Source: Eledone cirrhosa (lineage: Eukaryota). From it: DNA of 64,000 nucleotides. Below are positions 52,785 to 63,700 of the stretch, one piece after another. The position numbers and the translations under genes are program-made. The notes beneath the pieces were generated by a model. That model was not told where the DNA came from, made no database searches, and saw only the letters and a list, made by a program, of their open reading frames with translations. How positions within the stretch are numbered: position 1 is the stretch's first letter; each line of letters begins with the position of its first letter. The stretch spans positions 15,004,001 through 15,068,000 of the forward strand of contig OZ024748.1 of assembly GCA_964016885.1 (NCBI GenBank), read 5' to 3'.

Positions 52785-53120
52785 CATTTTACGTCCGCTT
52801 TTTCTCTGCTTTCAAGGGTGGGACGGGAACTGATTCTGGCTTGATTTCTACAGCTGGGTACCCTTCCTAACACTAACCTCATTTACAGTGAGTACTGCGT
52901 TCTTTTTTTCCATGGCACCTACACGTCCACTTTACAGTGAGTGCTGCACCACTTTGCATGACCCTAGTCCCTATCATCTCATTTCTACAGCTGAGTAAAC
53001 TGGAGCAATGTGAAATAAAGTGTCTTGCTCAAGGAAACAACACATCACCCAGTCTGAGAATTAAACTCACAACCTTTCGATTGCAAGGCCAATGCTCTAA
53101 CCACTAAGCCATGTGCCTCC
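52785..53120 (-). mobile_element. SINE family B with RTE-type tail
   Basis: tRNA-like head ggcacatggcttagtggttagagcattggcc..., CORE-like domain, and a tail homologous to the LINE 3' UTR at 2030-2145. Confidence 0.9.
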
Positions 53121-53125
53121 ATTGA

Positions 53126-53176
<51 letters not shown>

Positions 53177-53510
53177 TGTATTATATATATATATATATGA
53201 ATGTTTATTGGGATACTTATCTTAATATACATACAATATACTGAATTTCATGTTGAAAATGCAACTGTACTTAAATCATTAACTAAATGAGTGCTCAATA
53301 CATGTATGGAGAATGTGTGTACGCATACAAACACTATTGCTTATTGTATAGAACAAGAAAATGTGTGTGTGTGTGTGTGTATATATATACACACACACTT
53401 TGCTACTCTCAGTGTGTCAGCATCAAGTTAACCAGTTGTTTTTGTATGTAGAAATCATCTCGGGGTAATTTCAAAACACCACCCACTCCTTCACATGTCA
53501 TTATTTTAGT

Positions 53511-53690
53511 ATTGGCAGTATTGGTAGGGGGTCGGACGCCATGCTTTCCAGCATAGTTACGTCCCTTTACGATCTGAGTTCAAATCCCGCCGAGGTTGAC
53601 TTTGCCTTTCATCCTTACGGGGTCGATAAAATAAAGTACCAGTAATGCACTGGATAATTGCTGGCCTTGTGCCTAAAGTAGAAACAATTA
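53511..53690 (+). mobile_element. SINE family A, young, slightly 5'-truncated
   Basis: Near-identical to the 28481 copy; TSD attattttagt (53500-53510 and 53687-53697). Confidence 0.93.
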
Positions 53691-54242
53691 TTTTAGTCTT
53701 ATGTAGTAAATGTTCAATAACAGCCCTTCTTAAATAGAAATATTTCCTCCCAGGGGAGTAATTTTGTTCCAAGGCTGGAAAGAATAAGGATAGAATCCAA
53801 CAGGAGAAACTTAGTGTATAGTGTGTGAAAATCCAATGAAATACCAATATACCCAACTATACAGGCTATCATCAATTAACAGTTCATGAACAAACTACAG
53901 CTTCAGATTTAATCTTGTTTGAGACTATATATTTATGGATGTTTGCCCATGTGAAAAGTTACTAGAAAGGTGACAATAGGGGAGGAATTGTAGCAAACAT
54001 AGGATTGTAAGCGGAAGAATGTGACCTAGGTCTCAGAATGCCAATTAACTAGTAGAAGAAAACTCACAACTGGATGAGTGGACAGCAAGATGATCTTCAG
54101 AGGAAGAACTCCCATCAGGCAAGTGTTGACACTATAAGGGAGCTGGGCCCACCTAAGTCATGACTCCTAAGTATCCTCCTGCTATTTTTTTTTCTCCTCC
54201 AGTGGGTGATCTTGTTTCCCATTCCTGTGTTTTACACCAGTT

Positions 54243-54553
54243 GTGTGTGTCTCCAACTTTTTTTATACCACAGACCGGCTTCATACTGGACAATCTTTCC
54301 ACGGACTGGGAGTTCCACATATGTGTTATTTAAGTGCATTTCGATAAAGAGAGCAATGATAAAAAGAACAATTTAGTAAAGGGAAGAAAAAGTGTATAAT
54401 TTTTTGACTCTCATGGAAATCTTTTAAAATTAAAATCCAATATTCAATTTATATATTATACAATCTTAAACAAGTTAATTATTTCTTTGTGGCCTGGTAG
54501 CAAATGATCCATAGACTGGTACCAGTCTGCAGCCCAGTAGTTGGGGACCTCTG
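54243..54553. mobile_element. hAT Charlie/MER1-like MITE
   Basis: Left gtctccaactttttt..accacagaccggcttcat..gacaatctttccacggac and right gactggtaccagtctgcagcccagtagttggggacctctg match the typical MER1-type terminal layout. Confidence 0.75.
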
Positions 54554-55816
54554 GTTGACACTATTCAACTACAAAAACAATCGGTAGAACCAACACTTCA
54601 AATCTATTGAGGTTTGAAAAGATAACCCTTGTTAATATCTTGTTTTGGTGAAACATTACAAGATGACAATTCAAAATGAGGAAAGAATTGAAGAAACCTG
54701 GAATTGCAATTGGAGTAATATAACCTGGCTCTCTGAGAACTACAAATTCTATTACTAAAACAGTTCTTTAACTTTCCTAATTTATTTATTTTGTTTCTGA
54801 AAAAGATATATTCCATGTTCTTTACACAACAACTCTAGTAATTTGATTTATTTGTAACTCTCCATTGAATATGAATAATCTCTACAGTAAAATAGGTTTT
54901 GTTGATCTATTGATTAAGACATTTGTTTAAGATATTGTGGAAATCTTTACAATGATGATGATGGTGATGGTGTTGATGATGGTGATGATTCGCTACTGCT
55001 GCTATATGTGGTGATTAACTTTGGTTTGGTATGACATGTAATATTGGTGGCAAGGTTATATACATGATGGTACTTCTAATGCCTCAAGCTGTTTACCACA
55101 TAAGCATTGGAGTTGCAACAGTAATTTGATGATGCTGGAGGTGGTGGTGATGATGATGATGATGACAAATACCTAAATACATAAAAGCTTTCCAGAATGA
55201 CAAGCAGCTTAGAGCAACGAGCCTTATATTCCAACATATGATGTAACAACATGAGAGAAAAACTTCCTTGTAAATATACAAAATGATTTGGTAACAAATA
55301 AAGACATACTAATCCATGTCATAGCTGTGATATCCTTCATGCCATAATTATGACACTTCTCATGGCTGAGACTAATATTATGCAAATTACAATGTATTAA
55401 AACTGGTGCTACATCACATAAATATATTAGCAGATATGTCAGGAGGACTATTTAGTTGTGTCTAAGATATGGCAGAATCGCTAGTGATGGTGTCAATGAA
55501 ATTCTTCCAGTGAAGTGCAGGAATGTATATAAGTGAGTTTCAGCCCTCTCTTTCGCCTATCTGATGTAAGTAGATCTGATTAAGTAATGACTTGGTCTGT
55601 GATAACTCATCAAACCCTTGTGAGCATAGAATACAAATGTTAAAGGATGATAAAAGTTTAGTTATATCCTTCCATGTTGTAAGAGTTGACTAAAGGTTTT
55701 ACTGCTAGAAAGGGTATCCAACTGTAAAACAGTTCTTCAAAGAGGGTCCTGTGGTACATATAAAGCCTATTATGGGGTCTGCAAGCTTAACCCTGCCTAA
55801 ACAGGCAAAATGGCCT

Positions 55817-56218
55817 TAAAATTGTTGATACCAAACCAGATGGAACTGCTACCTCGTTCTATGATTTAAAACTATTGTTTTAAAGTGCTTATATTTATCC
55901 TAAACCCTTCCATCATAATTTAATATAAGAACATTTATGTTCCATACTCCAGATTAATATTAAGAAAGTTAGTTGTATTAATACATCCCTCCAAATTCTT
56001 GACTTTCAAAATTATTTGAAAACCATATACAGTGTATTTCATTAGAAATATGATAATGACAGGGCTAACATTTCTATATTTATCTAAAAATCTTTCATCA
56101 TAATTCTATGTAAGTTAGTTATATAACTAAATCCCTCTAATGTCTTGATTAGATTCAAAATGATTTGAAAGTTATAATTTTGTGTCTTACATCAGAAATA
56201 TGATAATGAATGTGTTAA
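55817..56218 (-). mobile_element. TTAA-MITE family copy plus partial tandem duplicate
   Basis: ttaa..ttgatacc...gttctatga...agaaatatgataatgacagggctaa (56068); the second half is repeated at 56075-56218. Confidence 0.6.
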
Positions 56219-57110
56219 AATGTTTGATGTGTTGTATATGTAATGAGTTTCTGGATATGTGGATGCAGTAACTGCGTGAGAAGATAAAGTGCCTATTGCC
56301 TGAATTAATCTTATCAAAGATGTTGCTTCTTAAATTCCTGGAGTTATGTTAAAATATGAAACCTTATAGGACTGTTTTTAGTTGGTAAATGAAGATATGA
56401 TATGATAAAATGGTTTAGATGCTTCACACAAAATATTGATATCAATAACACTAACTTGTGACTGCAACCATATTTTAATACTTAAAAACTAAAATCAGTC
56501 CCACCCATATATTTTTTCCTCTTTGGAGAACACGTAATTCCCTTTCGTATTAAATTTGAGGTACATTGCCTTAGTAAAATTATATCTTCACTTTACTATT
56601 TGTTTTGCAATATTCTTGATGTGAAAATGTGTGTTGAAACAGATACTGTTGTGCTTTCAGGGCCTAAAAGACAAACATAAAAAAATAACTAAATGTAGAT
56701 CAAGAGGAGGTACAAAGGGTGATAGTCATCGATGTGGTCATAGGCTAGGACAAACGGATTCCAATTAATAGATGGATTAATTACCTGATGGATTAATTAC
56801 CTGATAAATAATTAAATTGAACTGAAACTCAAATGTTGCAGGTGTTTTCATTGGTAGTTTGAGCCTTCCATTCGAGAAATATAATATCATTAATACAATA
56901 TTAATAGAATCACTTTAATAGTGATGGAGTGAAGAATTGGTAGACTGTTGAATTTAATACATTGTGGTGTTTAACCACAAACAATGCCTATTTTAAGTAA
57001 TGCAGGTGAGTGGCCACAAGGTGGCTGTATTGCTGTTGTGGTGTTCAGCTACAAACACTGTCCTTTCTAAGCCATGTAGACTGTATTGATGTTGTGGTGT
57101 TTAGCTACAA

Positions 57111-57450
57111 ACATGGCTTAGTGGTTAGAGCATTGGCCTTGCAATCGAAAGGTTGTGAGTTCAATTCTCAGACTGGGTGATGTGTTGTTTCCTTGAGCAA
57201 GACACTTTATTTCACATTGCTCCAGTTTACTCAGCTGTAGAAATGAGATGATAGGGCCTGGGGTCCATATCATTCCACTTTAAAGTGGTCGTGGAGGTGC
57301 CACGGAAAAAAAGCACCCAGCACTCACTGTAAATGAGGTTGGTGTTAGGAAGGGCACCCAGCTGTAGAAATCAAGCCAGAATCAGTTCCCGTCCCACCCT
57401 TGCAAGCAGGGAAAAGCGGATGTAAAATGAAAAAAAAAAAAAAAAAAAAT
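57111..57450 (+). mobile_element. SINE family B with RTE-type tail and A-tract
   Basis: A box tggcttagtggttaga and B-box-like gagttcaattc; close inverted copy of 52785-53113. Confidence 0.9.
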
Positions 57451-57671
57451 GTCAATTCTAAACCATACAAGTATCTGGACACATGCCATCATGTGTACAT
57501 TGGTGTTGTGTACATCAATATGTTGCCACATTCAAGTTTTGAATTTAATATATCTGTGCTCAAAGTACAAAATTTTCCACTCTGAGGTTGGGAAAAGTAC
57601 CGAGAACATGGGTTGCATATCTTAACATTTCAATTTAAATACTGCTCCTGTCCATCTTTACCTTCCTATAA

Positions 57672-57845
57672 AATAATTGTTTCTATAATAGGCACAAGGT
57701 CAGCAATTTTATGGGGAAGGGAAAGTTGATTAAATCGACCAATTACTGGCACTTTATTTTATTGACCTCGTAAAGGTGAAAGGCAAAGCTAACCTCAGCA
57801 GGATTTGAACTCAGAACGTAAAGGGTTGTAACTCGACGCTGCAAA
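57672..57845 (-). mobile_element. SINE family A variant
   Basis: taattgtttcta..ggcacaagg.cagcaatt...ggcaaagctaacctcagcaggatttgaactcagaacgtaaagg. Confidence 0.8.
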
Positions 57846-58659
57846 TCACAATACCAGTTAAATACTGGGGTTCAATTTAATCAGCTATACTCCCTACCTA
57901 CCTCTCTCTCTCTATCCATCCAAAATTCTTGGCCTTTTGTCCCTAAGTCAAAAATCAATATTAGAAGAAATGGTACAAAGCTTATCACTAAAATCTACAG
58001 AAAAAGAAAACCTGACTGAAATGGCTATTATTACTCTAAAAACCTCATCATAAACATTGTATTCAAAACCAGAAATGTATTATACTAGCAGTAAGAAAAC
58101 TAAATATATTATTCAAAAATCATACAAAATTTTCAACATATACATTTTTTATATTTTCTCCTGACGTGTTGACATATTTTAACTGATTGCAAAAGAACAA
58201 AAGAGACGGGAAAAAAAGGAATTTTTTGGGCAGTTTTATTTGGTTTTTATATTTCCTTTTTCTTATCATATTTTTACACATTTCAAATATATTCTTTATT
58301 GATTTCACATTGAAAAATATATATTTCTTTCCTACCTCTAAACCTATGTTGGTCAGCTCTCCTCCCTTCTCCTTCCTACCACATTTCTCCTTCTCTCTTC
58401 TCTCTACTAAATAATAGATTAGTTCTCAGGGCTTCCCAACCTCTCCCCAATTTCACTGGCAACTTTCAAGTGAATCCAGTTATTTCTAAAGGAACATAAA
58501 TCACCACATAAATCACTACCCCCACCACATTATGCCACCGCCATACACTACACCACATCTTTGCTACATTCTTTCAGCACCAAACTTTGGCAAACAACCA
58601 GACTGGAATTATTCTTTCTTTATGTGCACGCTTACTACTACCTCTTCTTCCATTCATCC

Positions 58660-58661
58660 TT

Positions 58662-58703
<42 letters not shown>

Positions 58704-58920
58704 AGCATACATATATATATATATACATATATGCATATGTATATATATATATATATACACACATACATACATACATATATGCATATGTATATATATATAC
58801 ATATAAATATATATATACATATAAATATATATAACACACACACACATTTATGCACATACATACATATGTATATATATATATATATATATACATACATACA
58901 TTTAATATACATATATATCA
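58660..58920. repeat. Compound TA/CA microsatellite
   Basis: Directly visible. Confidence 0.93.
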
Positions 58921-59134
58921 TTATCATTCAATATCCGTTTTTCCAGCTACCAAGGGTTGGCCAGGTTGTCACAGACCCAAATTAATACTTCATTGGAGCC
59001 ACTGATCTTTCACTTGGGCCAGGAGGAACCACACCTCTCGTAATTGAGATCTGGCTACAAACATTCCCACACTTTACAGAGTGCACTGCATATTTTCCAC
59101 TGGTGGTAGTAGGGGTAGGAGCAGTACTAATAGT

Positions 59135-59169
<35 letters not shown>

Positions 59170-59563
59170 TAGAAGAAACCAAATGGAATCAATAGATAAA
59201 ACAAACAAAAATCAGAGAAAAAGAGAGAGTGAAAAAGAGAGAGATAGGACTTGATTCTAAGTAAATCTAAATCTATAGGAGAGAAGAAAGCCATTGAAGA
59301 AATTGGTAATATTGATAATAATTTGCCTTAATTTTCTGTTATTTCCGTTGTGTGTGTTATAACGAAGCAACAACAACTTAGAAACTGTCTAGAAAGCTCA
59401 CACACAAAAATAACATTATTGATAAATATTTATTGATTAGATAGACAGAGCGTCATGGTCAATCATAAGGCAATACTTTGGAGAATAACATTCTGAAAAT
59501 ATACCAATGAGTGATGTTGCTCACACATTTTTCTGTCATCTGTGTAGATCAATTGCAACATGC

Positions 59564-59564
<1 letters not shown>

Positions 59565-59624
<60 letters not shown>

Positions 59625-59657
59625 CTGGTTGTTGTTGTTGTTATGGTTGTTGTTGTT
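59565..59657. repeat. (TTG)n microsatellite
   Basis: Directly visible; gives the poly-Cys ORF 59507-59722. Confidence 0.95.
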
Positions 59658-59819
59658 TTACAGACTTAAATCTCCTTCTGTATAACCTTCCACCTCTTCT
59701 CATCATTCATTTAATCCAATGAAGGAAATAGGTTGTACAGTAAAGGCATGAGAATGTGCTGAAAACTAGCAAATGTACAGTTACTTTAACGCACCCTAAT
59801 CTTAACATAAAGTTAGGTT

Positions 59820-60110
59820 AAAAGGTTAAAATCTGTCCCAAGTCCAGACGCTCATCAGGTCTGAACTTTTCTTGGTTTCATTGGTGATAAGCAACTTAGA
59901 ATACAAAACTTTTTCCCTAGAGAGGATGCCAGTTCATGGAAGTATTAAACATAAATTATTGCTGCTGGTACACATTTTTAGCTAAGTTAACTGTAGCAAT
60001 GTGAAATGAAATGATTTACTCAAGAACACAACACTGTGGCACCCAGTGCAGGAACTGAACACACAGCATTATGATCATGAGCCCTACATCCTAACCACAA
60101 GACTGTCCAT
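59820..60110 (-). mobile_element. SINE family B, alternative-tail type, diverged
   Basis: Reverse complement resembles 21500-21800 (ctcatcagg, ctggtac.cattttt.agct, gcaatgtgaaatgaa, cctaaccac). Confidence 0.7.
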
Positions 60111-60122
60111 TTTCACAATGTT

Positions 60123-60275
60123 ATCATCATCATTGGCAACTCAGTCTTGGGAGACCATGATTAATGTGCCTGGAGTTATGGCTAGTTTCTGGCATTGTCT
60201 GCTGTAACTGTGCAGACCAATGCGCGACTGACAGTCTTTGTTGCACTTCGTGCAGATATATGTAGAGAGTGACAT
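60123..60275 (-). mobile_element. RTE (BovB-like) LINE extreme 3' end with C-terminal Zn-finger-like motif and (TGA)n tail
   Basis: Translation YICTKCNKDCQSRIGLHSYSRQC, then catggtctcccaagactgagttgccaa(tga)n. Confidence 0.75.
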
Positions 60276-60903
60276 CTCCAGGGTGAAAACCTGGGCATAA
60301 TGTATGGAGAACCTAGGTTGCCCAGCTGTCAGGATCCTCCTCTCAGCCTTACTGGTGAGGTCCAAAGGAATGTGGAACAAGATATTTGGCATCAGCTTAG
60401 CTGCACGAGTTGCCAAAACAGAGTTTGTAAGACAATGATAAAGTAACAAGGTATCAAAGAAACCAGAGAAGAATAGCATCAAAAAGTATAACCAGATTGT
60501 TTTTATATATTTGAAGTCCTTTCCATCAAGACAGGTAACTAGCAATACAGTAATTAGCCCCCATCAAGACAGCCAGTAAGCAGTAATAGAGCAGACCTCC
60601 AACATGGGGTACTATAATGATATATGGCATATCTTGGGCATTTAAACCCGTCTTATTTTCAAGCTAACTCATTAGACATATAGTATTTCATGTTTAATCA
60701 TGAATAGGATTCATCATCATCATCAGCACCATTTTACATCAATCTTTTCATGCTCCCATGGGTTGAATCAGTCTTCTCCTGACCAGCTTCCACCCTGCCA
60801 CCTGTAGCATTCCAACAATACTTGTGAAAAAGAATACAGTATTTTAAAGTACATACACACATACATATGTGTATATATATATATACACACACACATACAT
60901 ATG

Positions 60904-60946
<43 letters not shown>

Positions 60947-60974
60947 CATACATACATACATACATATACATACA

Positions 60975-61230
60975 TGATGGCTGCCCCCTCGTTGTCGAGT
61001 ATGGCCATTGCACGATATACCAATGTTAATAATAATTTATTAATTCTCTCACGCAATGCCTGTGTGTGAAGATATATTTTAAAGTGAGGAAAGATTGTGC
61101 ACTGAGCCAATTCCAGTCTCTGAGCGACAGTAGCTATAACCCCAAAAGAAGAAAAGATCAACATCATCGTTAACTACTGAGCTGCAGGTTTTATATTGGA
61201 GTTATCCCAGTTTACTGAGTTGCCTTCTCC
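60975..61230 (-). mobile_element. Internally deleted (bipartite) RTE-derived element, copy 3, 5'-truncated and diverged
   Basis: Homologous to 61465-61630 and ends in the same terminal hairpin (atggccatactcgacaacgagggggcagccat) plus (TATG)n. Confidence 0.7.
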
Positions 61231-61254
61231 TATATACATACATATACATATATA

Positions 61255-61810
61255 TATGGTGGCTGCCAACTCGTTTTCGAGTACGGCCACTACATTATAT
61301 CGATGCAGGAGAACCCCTACCGATGCGCTGAACGAGTGTGGCTTTTTAGTCCAGCCAGCGACTTGAAAACTCTGGTACAAACACTACACTTGTGACAATT
61401 ATTGACACATAGTGCTGGGCCCATGGTACCATGTGACGACAAGTGCTGATAGATCTCCAGATATAAAGCAATGCCTGTGCTGTGAAGCTTTTATAGTGAG
61501 CAAAGGCACTGCACAAAGCCAGTTCCACTCTCTTAACCAAGATGATATTTACCAAAAAGAAGAACAAGTCAACATCATTGGATACCATCAGGGTTGCAGG
61601 TGTTATATCAGAGTTTTCCTTCTCCTAGAATTCTGCCTTGACAAAGGCTAAGGGGTCATCTCTCCCGGTGATTTTGGATGGCCATTAACTCTTAAGAGCT
61701 CCTTTGCCCTTTGACAGGTTTTGTTTTTAGTCCTGCAGGATGTCCAAAGTCACCCTCCTCACCAAGAAACCTTGGTGAGGTTGCCAGTTTAGTCGCCAAC
61801 GACCCGACCA
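61255..61810 (-). mobile_element. Internally deleted (bipartite) RTE-derived element, copy 2, apparently full length (~555 bp)
   Basis: 5' part resembles RTE 5' UTRs (ctaggagaaggaaaactc; acagcacaggc). 3' part encodes KCSVCTRVFKSLAGLKSHTRSAHR* (C2H2, stop at 61317-61319), then a terminal hairpin and microsatellite tail. Confidence 0.75.
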
Positions 61811-61861
61811 TATATATACATACATACATACATATACATGTACAAACATACATATACATAC

Positions 61862-62004
61862 ATATGGTGGCTGCCAACTCGTTTTCGAGTACGGCCACTA
61901 CTTTATATCCATGTAGGAGAACCCCTACCGATGCGCTGAACGAGTGTGACTTTTTAAAGGAGCTCTTAAGAGTCAATGGCCATCCAAAATCACCGGGAGA
62001 GATA
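61862..62004 (-). mobile_element. Copy 1 of the same element: ~95-bp 3' end joined to a 48-bp inverted internal segment
   Basis: 61863-61955 is a direct repeat of 61257-61347; 61956-62003 is the reverse complement of 61658-61706 with 1 mismatch. Confidence 0.8.
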
Positions 62005-62465
62005 CATACATATATATACATACATACATACATACATGTACATACATACATATATATATATACATGTATCATCATCATCTTCGTTTACCATCCATCTTCC
62101 ATGCTAGCATGTGTTCTACATATATATACATACATTCATATATATGTATATATACATATACATATACATACATATACACATACATACATACATAGATATA
62201 TACATACATAGATACATACATATACATACATACATATATATACATACATACATACATACATACATATACATACATATACATAATTATATATACATACATA
62301 TACATACACATATATATACATATATATACATGCATACACATATATACATACATACATACACATACACACACACACATATACAGACAGTATTGTGTACATA
62401 TAAATACACAAACACTATATATATATGTGCATGTATATGAATATATATATACACAGATACACACA
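62005..62465. repeat. (TACA)n/(TA)n microsatellite field
   Basis: Directly visible; includes a short RTE-type end at 62068-62112. Confidence 0.92.
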
Positions 62466-62874
62466 CAGTATTATGAATCTACAAACACTTCTAGATATGA
62501 GTACATATGAATCTACAAACACTTCTAGATATACACACATACATATATATATAATAAGCATGCAACATATTTTGTATTCTTTAGAAGAAATATTCTTATC
62601 TAATATGTGATCGGATGAAAAATAATCGAAATTAAACAATACAATAAAGAACAATAACAATACAATATTGAAACAATAACAATACAATATTGAAACATAA
62701 TAATACAATATTGAAACATAATAATGAAAATATAGGAAAAACGGCAGAAGATGGAATTATGGAAGGAAGAAAGAAAATATTATGAAGATGTTATTAAAGA
62801 AGACGGTGATACAATTGCCTAATGTCTTTTATTGGATTGTTATGGATTGTCATCAATACTACAAATATAAATTA

Positions 62875-63700
62875 TACAACAAATACACACAAAACATAAA
62901 CGCAGACACATAAAACCATACAAAATACATAAACACACACAACACAAGCACATGCATAAACACATACAAAAAATTCATAAACACTCATACACACACACAC
63001 ACAAACACACACATAAACACATACAAAAAATACATAAACACTCATACACAAAACACAGGCACACAAAACACAGACATACACACAAACACACATACAAAAA
63101 CACACACACAAACACACACGCATAAAGACATACAAAATGCATAAGCACACACACACACACATAAACACATACAAAATGCATAAGCACACACACACATAAA
63201 CACATACAAAATACATAAACACACACACCAAACACACACATAAACACAAACAAAACAGATCAACGCCAACACACACACAATAAACACAATGTAAACACAT
63301 GCATACAAAATACCCACACAAAAAAACACCAGAACACACATAAAACACACAAAAATAAATATACAACACACAAAAAAAAGGAAATACACATACAAACACA
63401 GAAATGCATACACAGACAAAACAAACGAAAAACACACACAGACAACATAAAACACAGAAATACGTACAGAGAACACGGAAACACACACTATACATAAAGC
63501 AAAAACACACACACAACACAGAAACATGCACAAAACACAGAAATAAGCACACAGAATACAGGTACACACACAAAACATGGAAATAAGCACACAGAACACA
63601 GGCACACACACAAAACATGGAAATAAGCATACACAACAAAAACATACACACAAAACACAACACAGAAATACAAAATAAACAGCAATAAAAATCAACAGAA
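62875..63700. repeat. A/C-rich low-complexity tract with nested short repeats (cacacaaaacac...)
   Basis: Strong strand bias, almost no G or T on the + strand; produces the Cys/Val/Phe ORFs in 62872-63779. Confidence 0.9.

Noticed and set aside
57111-57185. Possible tRNA gene
   Set aside because: A and B boxes are present but run into a SINE body and tail; no proper acceptor stem or oligo-T terminator. Other tRNA-like heads are likewise SINEs.
61325-61380. Hammerhead-like CTGAACGA...GAAAACTCTGGTA on the + strand
   Set aside because: Core has an extra base, stem I cannot form, and the opposite strand encodes the RTE C2H2 finger, which explains the sequence.
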